DNA from: an uncultured Collinsella sp.
Lineage (GTDB): Bacteria; Actinomycetota; Coriobacteriia; Coriobacteriales; Coriobacteriaceae
DNA length: 60,064 bases
Reading direction: 5' to 3'
Assembly (NCBI GenBank): GCA_900756725.1
Contig: CAAELJ010000155.1
Span: 1-60,064, forward strand
Shown here in pieces: positions 29,923-39,613 of the stretch (its first letter is position 1; each line of letters starts with the position of its first letter). The notes under the pieces are model-generated. The model made no database searches. It was not told where the DNA came from and saw only the letters and a list, made by a program, of their open reading frames with translations. The position numbers and the translations under genes were made by a program.

Positions 29923-30853
29923 CAAGATCGCCAATCGCAAGGTTATCTGCGACACGCTGCTCGAGGCCGCGAAGACCGATAAGGACATCGTCGTCCTGTG
30001 CTCCGACTCCCGCGGCTCCGCGTCGCTCACGCCGTTCTTCGATCGGTATCCCCAGCAGTCCGTCGAGGTCGGCATTGCCGAGCAGGACCTGGTGAGCATC
30101 GCCGCCGGCATGGCTTCGTGCGGCAAGAAGGCCTGGGCCGCCTCGCCGGCGTCCTTTGTGACCACGCGCTCGTATGAGCAGTGCAAGGTCGACGTCTCGT
30201 ACTCCAACACCAATGTTAAGCTCATCGGCATCTCGGGCGGCGTGTCCTACGGCGCCTTAGGTATGAGCCACCACTCTGCGCAGGATATCGCCGCCATGAG
30301 CGCGATTCCCAACATGCGCGTGTATCTGCCGAGCGACCGCTTCCAGACCGCCGAACTCGTGCGCGCCCTGGTCAACGATAACAAGCCGGCCTACATCCGC
30401 GTGGGGCGCAACCCGGTCGAGGACGTGTATACCGAGGACGAGTGTCCGTTCCAGATGGACCGTGCCACCTGGGTTCGCCGCGGCAACGATGTGACGCTCG
30501 TCGCCACCGGTGAGATGGTCCGCCACGCCGTGGATGCCGCCGACCTGCTGGCCGAGCAGGGCATTTCGGCAACGGTGCTCGACATGTACTGCGTCAAGCC
30601 GCTCGACGCCGAGGCCGTGATCGAGGCTGCCGGTGCCACGCGCGCCGTCGTGACGGTCGAGGAGCACAGCCCCTTCGGCGGCCTGGGCTCTATGGTCGCG
30701 CAGGCGGTGGGCGAGCATTGCCCGCGTCCGGTCAAGTGCCTGAGCCTGCCCGACGCGCCGGTCATCACCGGCACGAGCCCCGAGGTCTTTGCGCACTACG
30801 GCCTCACCGGCGAAGGCATTGCCAAGACCGTCGCCGAGTTCCTCGGCAACTAG
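29915..30853 (+). CDS. Transketolase, C-terminal subunit
   Basis: VGIAEQ, GMSHH, VKPLD and VEEH..GGLGS motifs. Start MANK overlaps the upstream stop. Confidence 0.95.
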   Translation: MANKIANRKVICDTLLEAAKTDKDIVVLCSDSRGSASLTPFFDRYPQQSVEVGIAEQDLVSIAAGMASCGKKAWAASPASFVTTRSYEQCKVDVSYSNTNVKLIGISGGVSYGALGMSHHSAQDIAAMSAIPNMRVYLPSDRFQTAELVRALVNDNKPAYIRVGRNPVEDVYTEDECPFQMDRATWVRRGNDVTLVATGEMVRHAVDAADLLAEQGISATVLDMYCVKPLDAEAVIEAAGATRAVVTVEEHSPFGGLGSMVAQAVGEHCPRPVKCLSLPDAPVITGTSPEVFAHYGLTGEGIAKTVAEFLGN

Positions 30854-31027
30854 TAGACACAGACGCTGCGCGGCCGCCAAGCACCGCACCTTGCCGTTCA
30901 AACCGTCGCTTGCGTACGCAAAGTACGCGGCGCTCCTCTTTCACGGCAATCTGCGGCACTTGGTGGCCGCTCGCTCCTTGTCCGTCGGGTTTTAGTTTTT
31001 GAATCGGCGGGGGAGACAGGAGAGTAC

Positions 31028-32518
31028 ATGAGTAAATACATCATCGGGATCGATCAGTCCACGCAGGGCACCAAGGCGCTGCTGGTGGACGAGGGCGGCC
31101 ATTTGATTCATCGTGCCGACCGCTCGCATCGCCAGATTGTCAACGAGGCCGGCTGGGTGAGCCATGATCCGGCCGAGATTGCCGCCAATGTGCTGGCCGT
31201 GGCGCGCGCTGTGGTGGAGGAGACCGGGGTCGATCCGGCCGACATCGCCGGCATCGGCATCTCCAACCAGCGCGAGACCACCGTTGCCTGGAACCGCACG
31301 ACGGACGAGCCGCTGTGCGATGCCGTGGTGTGGCAGTGCGCCCGCGCCCGCGAGCTGTGCGACAAGCTGGCCGCGCGCGAGGGTGTGGCCGAGCTGGTGC
31401 GTGACACGACGGGTCTGGTGCTCTCGCCCTACTACCCGGCGGGCAAGATGGCCTGGATCCTCGCGAACGTTCCCGCTGCTGCCGAGGCTGCCGCGGCGGG
31501 CGAGCTGTGCCTGGGTACCATCGATGCCTGGGTGGTCTGGACGCTCACGGGCGGTGCGGAGTTCCGCTGCGACTGGTCTAACGCCAGCCGCACGCAGCTC
31601 TTTGACCTGCGCCGTGGCTGCTGGAGCGAGCCGGTGTGCGAGGCCTTTGGCGTCGACGTGGCCTGCCTGCCGCAGGTGACCGATTCCGACGGCCTGTTCG
31701 GCACGACGGATCTGGGCGGCTTTTTGCCGGCGCCCGTGCCCATTCACGGCGTGCTCGGCGACAGCCACGCGGCCTTGTTTGCCCAAGGCTGCCATAGTCG
31801 CGGCATGGCCAAGGCGACCTATGGCACCGGCAGCTCGGTCATGATGAACGTCGGCAACGAGTTCGTTGCCAGCTCGCACGGGCTTTCGAGCTCGCTCGCA
31901 TGGCGCATGGACGGCGTGACCGAGTACGTGCTCGAGGGCAACGTGAGCTATGCCGGCGCCGTCAAGACGTGGCTGCGCGACGATCTGGAGCTCATCAATA
32001 ACCCCGAGGAAGTTACCGACCTGTGCTACGCCGCCAATCCGGCGAGCCGCGTCTACTTTGTGCCGGCGTTTACCGGTTTGGGCGCGCCGCACTGGGCGAG
32101 TGACGCCGAGGGCTGCGTCTTTGGCATGACGCGCACCACGGGTCGCGCGGAGTTCGTAAAAGCTGCAGACGAATCGATTGCCTATCAAATCTTTGACGTA
32201 ATTGACGCAATGGTCGAGGATTCGGGCGCGGCACTTGCCGAGCTTCGCGTTGACGGCGGTCCCACGCGCGATGCGTACCTGATGCAGTTTGAGAGCGACT
32301 TGGTTGGCTCGCCTATCCGCATCGCGAGCAACGACGAGATGAGCGGCCTGGGTGCGGCCTGGGCCTGCGGCATTGCGCTGGGCATGTATACGCGCGATGT
32401 CGTCGACGTCTATGGGGCCCGCGGCATCGTGGAGCCTGCCATGACCGCCGACGAGCGCGCCAAAAAGATCACCGGCTGGCGCCACGCCGTAGCCGCCACC
32501 ATCTCGTACACTGCCTAG
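31028..32518 (+). CDS. FGGY-family carbohydrate kinase, glycerol-kinase-like (candidate apulose kinase)
   Basis: IDQSTQGTK, ISNQRET, VWQC, NASRT, GDSHAALF, KATYGTGS and VDGG motifs. Confidence 0.9.
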   Translation: MSKYIIGIDQSTQGTKALLVDEGGHLIHRADRSHRQIVNEAGWVSHDPAEIAANVLAVARAVVEETGVDPADIAGIGISNQRETTVAWNRTTDEPLCDAVVWQCARARELCDKLAAREGVAELVRDTTGLVLSPYYPAGKMAWILANVPAAAEAAAAGELCLGTIDAWVVWTLTGGAEFRCDWSNASRTQLFDLRRGCWSEPVCEAFGVDVACLPQVTDSDGLFGTTDLGGFLPAPVPIHGVLGDSHAALFAQGCHSRGMAKATYGTGSSVMMNVGNEFVASSHGLSSSLAWRMDGVTEYVLEGNVSYAGAVKTWLRDDLELINNPEEVTDLCYAANPASRVYFVPAFTGLGAPHWASDAEGCVFGMTRTTGRAEFVKAADESIAYQIFDVIDAMVEDSGAALAELRVDGGPTRDAYLMQFESDLVGSPIRIASNDEMSGLGAAWACGIALGMYTRDVVDVYGARGIVEPAMTADERAKKITGWRHAVAATISYTA

Positions 32519-32655
32519 AATGATTTTTCTGGGACGGGGATTAAAAAATCATTCGGGCCCCGTCCCGGGTAGCTCATTTGGGACGGGGCTTTTTTGACTG
32601 GTATGATTGGTGCGACCATTCCAACCAGCTAAAAGAGTCCCGTCCTAAATTGACT
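32519..32655. repeat. Cluster of family-3 GGGACGGG hairpins
   Basis: AATGATTTTT-CTGGGACGGGGATTA-AAAAATCATT (32519-32553), plus copies at 32571-32599 (+) and 32627-32655 (-). Confidence 0.75.
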
Positions 32656-32671
32656 ACCGAGAGGATCTGCC

Positions 32672-33160
32672 ATGGAGCGCATCGCGAGTTTTTCCGTTGA
32701 CCATCTGCTGCTTGAGCCCGGCGTGTACGTGAGCCGCATCGACCGCGATCCGGCGACCGGTGCCGCCGTCACCACGTTTGACCTGCGCCTGACCACGCCC
32801 AACCAGGAGCCGGTCATGAACACGGCCGAGTGCCACACCATCGAGCATCTGGGTGCGACGTTCCTTCGCAATCATGCCGAGTGGTCGAGCCGCATTGTCT
32901 ACTTTGGCCCCATGGGCTGCCGCACGGGCTTTTACCTCGTCGTATTTGGCGAGGTGACGAGCGAGGAGATCTTGCCGCTCGTGCGTGAGCTGTTCGCGTT
33001 TGTCGCGGGCTTTGAGGGCGATGTTCCCGGTGCCGCTCCCGAGGAGTGCGGTAACTACCTGGACCAGAACCTCCCCATGGCAAACTGGCTTGCGCGCCGT
33101 TATCTCGACCGCGATCTGGCCGATATCGACGAGAAGCACCTGCACTATCAGCAGGCATAG
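32672..33160 (+). CDS. luxS: S-ribosylhomocysteine lyase
   Basis: SFSVDH, FDLR, HTIEH, PMGCRTGFY and CGNY motifs. Confidence 0.96.
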   Translation: MERIASFSVDHLLLEPGVYVSRIDRDPATGAAVTTFDLRLTTPNQEPVMNTAECHTIEHLGATFLRNHAEWSSRIVYFGPMGCRTGFYLVVFGEVTSEEILPLVRELFAFVAGFEGDVPGAAPEECGNYLDQNLPMANWLARRYLDRDLADIDEKHLHYQQA

Positions 33161-33261
33161 GGCCGCCCTCTGCCTCCAAACCGTTCACACGGAGATATTG
33201 ACCGTTTAACTGTTTAGAAGTGTTTATTCGAGGTCATTAGCACTAGCTCGCTTAAACTAGT

Positions 33262-33348
33262 TCTTAGAGTGATATTCAGGCAAGGCTCCTGAAGCAGCAT
33301 CTGTTGACATTGATTGTCGGATTCTGCTTCGGGAGCCTTGTTCTGTTT
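33262..33348 (+). promoter_or_regulatory. RAT-like element overlapping a leader terminator
   Basis: TGA-TAT-TCAGGCAAG overlaps the 5' arm of the hairpin CAAGGCTCCTGAAGCAG / CTGCTTCGGGAGCCTTG followed by TTCTGTTT, directly before a BglG-type gene. Confidence 0.65.
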
Positions 33349-33358
33349 AGGGGGGCAC

Positions 33359-34198
33359 ATGGAAATTGTTAAACGAATTAATACCAGCGCTGTCCTCTGC
33401 GTCGATGGAAATGGCAGACAGTTGGTTGCATTCGGCCGTGGTCTGGGGTTTAAGAATGTCGGAGACGAGGTCCCTCTTTCGGAGATTCAACGAACGTTTT
33501 ATAACGTTAGCTCTCGCTACATCGCTCTCGTTGACGAGGTCCCCGACGAGCTTCTTGAGCTTACCTCGGATGTTATTGATATGTCGACAGGTTTGCTGCC
33601 TTATGAGGTGAGCCCTAATTTGCCGTTTATCCTTGCGGACCATATCGCGTATGCGGTTAAGCGCAAAGAGCAAAATATCGTTGTCCGCATGCCTTTATCG
33701 TTTGATGTCCGCCAACAATATCCCGTCGAATTTAAAATCGGCGAGTATGCACTTAGGATAATCAGGAAACGTCTTAACGTTAGGCTTCCAGCTCATGAGG
33801 CAGTTGGAATTGCCATGGCGTTTATCAATAACATGGCCGATTCGGACTCATGCGAAGTAGTTAAAGAGTTTAGCGCGGATATCTACGATCGTGTTCTGGA
33901 GGAGTCAACCGTTGCTGTTGAAAATCGGCTTGGCATTCAAGTTGATCGGGAAGGTTTCGATTACGCAAGGTTCGCAACCCATCTTCAGTACTTATTCAAT
34001 AGGTTGAACTCTGGCGAAAGCATCGTGAGCGACAACCGCAAGATGTACCTCTCGCTCAAAAAAGAATATCCGGTGGCATCAATGTGCGCCGATGATATTG
34101 CTTCTGTTCTCAGCCGACTGACGGGGCGGGAACTTATAGACGAAGAAAGACTCTACCTCATGATGCACATCAATCGAATTGCATCGAAAACAAGGTAA
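33359..34198 (+). CDS. BglG/LicT-family PRD antiterminator
   Basis: CAT domain (GRGLGF), PRD1 LADHI, PRD2 RFATHL and YLMMHI. Confidence 0.9.
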   Translation: MEIVKRINTSAVLCVDGNGRQLVAFGRGLGFKNVGDEVPLSEIQRTFYNVSSRYIALVDEVPDELLELTSDVIDMSTGLLPYEVSPNLPFILADHIAYAVKRKEQNIVVRMPLSFDVRQQYPVEFKIGEYALRIIRKRLNVRLPAHEAVGIAMAFINNMADSDSCEVVKEFSADIYDRVLEESTVAVENRLGIQVDREGFDYARFATHLQYLFNRLNSGESIVSDNRKMYLSLKKEYPVASMCADDIASVLSRLTGRELIDEERLYLMMHINRIASKTR

Positions 34199-34266
34199 TT
34201 AGTTGGCAAAGGCGCGCGCTTTGCTGATGGTTACATATAAAACTCAACATGGGAGAAATGGTATTT

Positions 34267-35637
34267 ATGGCAGATACAACCAAGCTCGCTGCCGAGATTC
34301 TCGAGATGGTGGGCGGCGCAGACAACGTTACATTTGTAGCTCACTGCATGACTCGTTTAAGGTTCAACCTTAAGGACGAAAGCATCGTAGACGATGCAAA
34401 AGTCAAGGCGATTGATGGCGTGATCGACATTCGCCATTCCGCGGGGCAATATCAGGTGATTGTGGGACCTAAGGTCGATAAGGTCTATGAAATCGTTGCC
34501 AAGGAAACCGGGATTGACGCCGGAGATTCCGAGGCAAGCGAAGGAGAGACTAAGGGCTTTCTGGGAAAGCTAATGAAGTTCATCAGCGGCATCATGATGC
34601 CCGTTCTTCCTGCCTTGATCGCATGCGGAATGATAAACGCCATCCTTAGCATTCTGACGACGGCGGGTGCTGTTTCCGCCGAGAGCGGAATATACACTCT
34701 GCTGTACGGCATGGGAAATGCCTGCATGTATTTCCTGCCCGTTCTTGTCGGATCATCTGCTGCTCAGTTCTTTGGAACCGATCGATATATCGGTGCGGTA
34801 CTCGGCGCAATCCTGGTTTATCCGACTTTCGTTGCTGCGGCCGGAGCGGGCGATGCGCTGGATTTGCTCGGCATGAAGTTCACAATGGTGAGCTATTCCT
34901 CCACGGTGTTTCCTGCTATCGTGGCGGCTTGGTTCGCATCCGTTCTTAATAAGTGGCTGCGGGCGGTTCTTCCCGATGTTGTGGCATTTGCGCTCGTCCC
35001 GTTCCTGACGGTTGCTGTTGCCGCCCCCGTCTCGCTCCTTGTGATCGGCCCCGTTATTCAGCAGGCGAGCTCTTTGCTTGCGGCTGCAGTGCTGGCGGTC
35101 TATCAGTTCAGCCCCGTCCTTTGCGGCGTTATTCTCGGGCCGATATTCGGTCTCGTTATGATCCCCCTTGGACTCCATTGGGCCCTGATCGTGCTTTCCA
35201 TCAACAATATTATGACCGTCGGCTCCGATCCTATCCTTGGACTTCTCTGCTGCAGCATGGGTGTTGTCGGCGCTTGTTTGGCGTTTGCCCTCCGCTCGAA
35301 GGACCCGAGTGAAAAGAGTCTTGGGTTCAGCTGTGCCATTACGGGCTTTTTCGGGATTACGGAACCGGCGCTGTACGGCATCATCTTGGAGCACAAGAAG
35401 ATCATTATCGCTTCCATGGTCGCCGGAGCAATCAGTGCTGTTATCCCGGCGATTTTCAACACCTGTACGTTCGTTATGACGTCGAGCGGCATTTTTAGCT
35501 TCCCCGGTTATATGGATCCTTCTGGTGATATGAGCAGCCTCATCGGCGCAATTCTTTGCAATGTCGTCGGTTTAATTCTTAACTTCGTTCTCGTTTACAT
35601 CCTGTATCGCCCTGATGAAGAGGCGGTAGTGGAGTAG
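34267..35637 (+). CDS. PTS EIIBC, beta-glucoside/sucrose class (no EIIA)
   Basis: HCMTRLRF, GQYQVIVG, GLHW and GITEPALYG motifs. Confidence 0.92.
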   Translation: MADTTKLAAEILEMVGGADNVTFVAHCMTRLRFNLKDESIVDDAKVKAIDGVIDIRHSAGQYQVIVGPKVDKVYEIVAKETGIDAGDSEASEGETKGFLGKLMKFISGIMMPVLPALIACGMINAILSILTTAGAVSAESGIYTLLYGMGNACMYFLPVLVGSSAAQFFGTDRYIGAVLGAILVYPTFVAAAGAGDALDLLGMKFTMVSYSSTVFPAIVAAWFASVLNKWLRAVLPDVVAFALVPFLTVAVAAPVSLLVIGPVIQQASSLLAAAVLAVYQFSPVLCGVILGPIFGLVMIPLGLHWALIVLSINNIMTVGSDPILGLLCCSMGVVGACLAFALRSKDPSEKSLGFSCAITGFFGITEPALYGIILEHKKIIIASMVAGAISAVIPAIFNTCTFVMTSSGIFSFPGYMDPSGDMSSLIGAILCNVVGLILNFVLVYILYRPDEEAVVE

Positions 35638-35742
35638 ACAATTATTCGGGATGTAAGCTGCCGAAAACCCCGCGGCAGATTGCATGTGGTGGGCTTGCCG
35701 TTGATTCACGCGAGCCCACCCTCATTTTTGGAGTGACTAGCT

Positions 35743-36723
35743 ATGACAATTACTGCCGATATGACGTTTGGCGAAATCGCGCTCCTTCCTGAGTTCGCTG
35801 GCTTTGGCGAGCACCTTATGCTTTGCCGGCCTTCAACTTGGGAGCGCATGTGGAATAAACCCATTGTGTCTCATATGAATTCTGATGCTAATCCATATGA
35901 AACTGCTCGCGTTTTGCGTGGATTGAATCGAATTGTCGAGCTCGTGGATGACGGGAGGCAGGTTGCCTACGATATTTGGGATGAAGCCGACTGCATCCGT
36001 GATCCGACTCGGCGCAATACGAAACTGTTCTTCTTTCCCGGGAGACCTAGGGCTCCCTTTATCATTGCGGTTTCGGGCGGAGGTTATCAGAGCGTTTGTC
36101 ATCAAGTGGAAGGCTTTCCCGTTGCCCCCGAGCTCAACGATGCGGGCTATAACGTGTTCGTGCTGTCATACAGGGTGAGGGTCGAGCCTTTGATGCCGCG
36201 CCCAATCGACGATTTAAATCGAGCCGTCCGTTTTGTCCTGGAGAATTCAGCGAAATTTAATGTCGCAAAAAGTTATGCAGTTATCGGCTTTTCTGCTGGT
36301 GCGCATTTAACTGCCGAGTGGGGGACGGACAACAAGGGATTTGCGTCCTACGGATGCGAGGCGCCAAAAGCCTTGGCCCTGTGTTATGCACCGATTGATC
36401 TTCATGGCTTTGAGAACGCATCAGACAATAGATTTCTTGATTCGGTGTGCGGCGGGGCTGGTCGCGACTCGCTCGATGATTTCTGTATTAATCAGCATGT
36501 GTGGGAGCAGTATCCTCCGACATATCTTTGGCAATGCGCTGACGATGATATTGTATCGCCCGACAATTATGAAAAGATGGTCGATGCTCTGGATGCAGCT
36601 GGAGTACACCATGAGGGAGTCATGTATTCAGAAGGGGGGCACGCATTGATGAAGCCCCATGCGCCGGAGACCGACTACTGGTGTATGAGCGTTATTGAGT
36701 TTCTTAAAGATTATCTCGACTAG
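35743..36723 (+). CDS. Alpha/beta-hydrolase esterase
   Basis: GGGY oxyanion motif, GFSAG nucleophile, PPTYLW..DD and GGH. Confidence 0.85.
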   Translation: MTITADMTFGEIALLPEFAGFGEHLMLCRPSTWERMWNKPIVSHMNSDANPYETARVLRGLNRIVELVDDGRQVAYDIWDEADCIRDPTRRNTKLFFFPGRPRAPFIIAVSGGGYQSVCHQVEGFPVAPELNDAGYNVFVLSYRVRVEPLMPRPIDDLNRAVRFVLENSAKFNVAKSYAVIGFSAGAHLTAEWGTDNKGFASYGCEAPKALALCYAPIDLHGFENASDNRFLDSVCGGAGRDSLDDFCINQHVWEQYPPTYLWQCADDDIVSPDNYEKMVDALDAAGVHHEGVMYSEGGHALMKPHAPETDYWCMSVIEFLKDYLD

Positions 36724-36846
36724 GAAACTGCATGTCGCTTTTTAAGCGGGTGATTTCGTCATGCAATGTTTTCGGTATTGATCGTGGTCGTGGATGAATG
36801 ATGTTCTAGAATGTTCGTACTGTCACATAAACGAACAGGAGCGAAC

Positions 36847-37491
36847 ATGCATATCTACTCTGTATCAGATCACGAGTTCAAATCTTATGGATGCGTGTGG
36901 AACGACGTTCCGTCCAACCTGACCGCTCCGCTCATCGAGGCGCTCGCGGCTACGCCCATCCCCGAGGGCAGCAAGTACGTAGCAAGCGCGCCGGAGCTCG
37001 AGGGCGTCAAGGATGCCGATAAGCTGGGCTTTCTCATGTACGGCGGCCGCTCCTTCCAGCTCGGCTGGTGCAACGGGCACAACACACGCCTCAACTGCCT
37101 GGAGTATCACCGCGCCAGCGAGTTTAACCTGGGCGCCCGCGACTTTATCCTGCTCGTGGCGCATCGCTGGGAGATCGAGGACGGCAAGCTCGACACCGCG
37201 TGCGTCAAGGCGTTCCGCGTACCGGCGGGCAAGGTCGTTGAGGTCTTCAACACCACGCTCCACTACACGCCCTGCATGGTCGACGACGGCGGCTTCCAGG
37301 TGATGGTGGCGCTGCCGGCGGGCACCAATGGCCCGCGCCCCGAGGCTGCAGCCGACATGCCTGCCGCCGGTGACAGCTACTGCTACTGGAAGGCTGACAA
37401 GTGGGTCCTCTGCCACGCCGATAGCCCCAAGGCAGCCGAAGGCGGCTACGTGGGCCTCGTCGGCAAGAACCTCGACATCACCGTGGACTAG
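36847..37491 (+). CDS. DUF4867-like cupin protein
   Basis: CNGHN..LNCLEYH, TTLHYTPC, LPAGTN and KW..H motifs. Confidence 0.7.
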   Translation: MHIYSVSDHEFKSYGCVWNDVPSNLTAPLIEALAATPIPEGSKYVASAPELEGVKDADKLGFLMYGGRSFQLGWCNGHNTRLNCLEYHRASEFNLGARDFILLVAHRWEIEDGKLDTACVKAFRVPAGKVVEVFNTTLHYTPCMVDDGGFQVMVALPAGTNGPRPEAAADMPAAGDSYCYWKADKWVLCHADSPKAAEGGYVGLVGKNLDITVD

Positions 37492-37504
37492 GGGCTTTTG
37501 TTTT

Positions 37505-37630
37505 AATCTGTAACACCTGGCGGGCTAAATCGTCTCTACCTGTTACAGATTGAGATAACCGCAGAGGGTGCCCGAAAGATCTCGATCTGTAACACCAGGC
37601 CCGGTTTTGGCGGTCTACCTGTTACAGATC
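37505..37630. repeat. Two tandem hairpins ATCTGTAACA-N25-TGTTACAGAT
   Basis: 37505-37551 and 37584-37630, with a compensatory outer pair (A-T versus G-C). Confidence 0.8.
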
Positions 37631-37638
37631 AAGACAAA

Positions 37639-37691
37639 CCGCCCCAAACCACCACAAAGGTGCCTGTCCCCTTTGTGGTGGTTTGGGGCGG
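37639..37691. repeat. REP-like hairpin, family 2 (22-bp perfect stem, loop TGCCTGTCC)
   Basis: CCGCCCCAAACCACCACAAAGG / CCTTTGTGGTGGTTTGGGGCGG. A second copy lies at 56696-56732. Confidence 0.85.
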
Positions 37692-37831
37692 CGGTATCAG
37701 AAAGTGTCAGGCAGGGGCGGCTGCCGGACGCCCGCGCGCGAAAAGAAGTGTCGACCTGCGTTGCTGTCGTTGAGCGGCGCGCTGTTTGCGGGGATACTGA
37801 AGCTACGACAAACAGCGTGTGAAAGGATTGA

Positions 37832-39265
<1,434 letters not shown>

Positions 39266-39304
39266 GGAAGCCGAGACACTCAACTTCAGAGTTTCCTAAC
39301 CAAT

Positions 39305-39340
39305 ACGCCCGGCGAGCAGTTAATGCCCGCCGGGCGTTTT
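39305..39340 (+). terminator. Intrinsic terminator
   Basis: ACGCCCGGCG / CGCCGGGCGT stem followed by TTT. Confidence 0.75.
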
Positions 39341-39349
39341 GTTAAAAGA

Positions 39350-39493
39350 AGTGAAAGCACTCATTGGGGACGTACTTAAATGAGTACCCGCAGAATGAGA
39401 GTGGATAATCTCCCGTTTTTAGCCTGTTTGTGGGCTCAAAGTGGGAGATTATCCACTCTCGCCATTTGGGCGTCCAAAAATCCTCGCTCGTTT
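39350..39493 (+). repeat. 144-bp composite repeat, copy 1 (family-1 hairpin + long GAGAGTGGATAATCTCCC hairpin)
   Basis: Colinear with 48238-48381 (offset 8888). Another family-1 hairpin follows at 39499-39527. Confidence 0.9.
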
Positions 39494-39613
39494 TGTCTTA
39501 GTCATTGGGGACGTTCTTAAACGACTAGTCGCTGGCGACGTCCCTCGCCGTCGGCGGATTTTGGGACATGTGGCCCGCTTTTTGGGCCCGCCTGTCGGTA
39601 CACTAAAAGCACT

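Noticed and set aside
31028..32518. glpK or lsrK assignment
   Set aside because: There are no glpF/glpD or lsr genes, and GDSH/VWQC differ from canonical GlpK GDQQ/VWQD-type motifs. The context points to another sugar.
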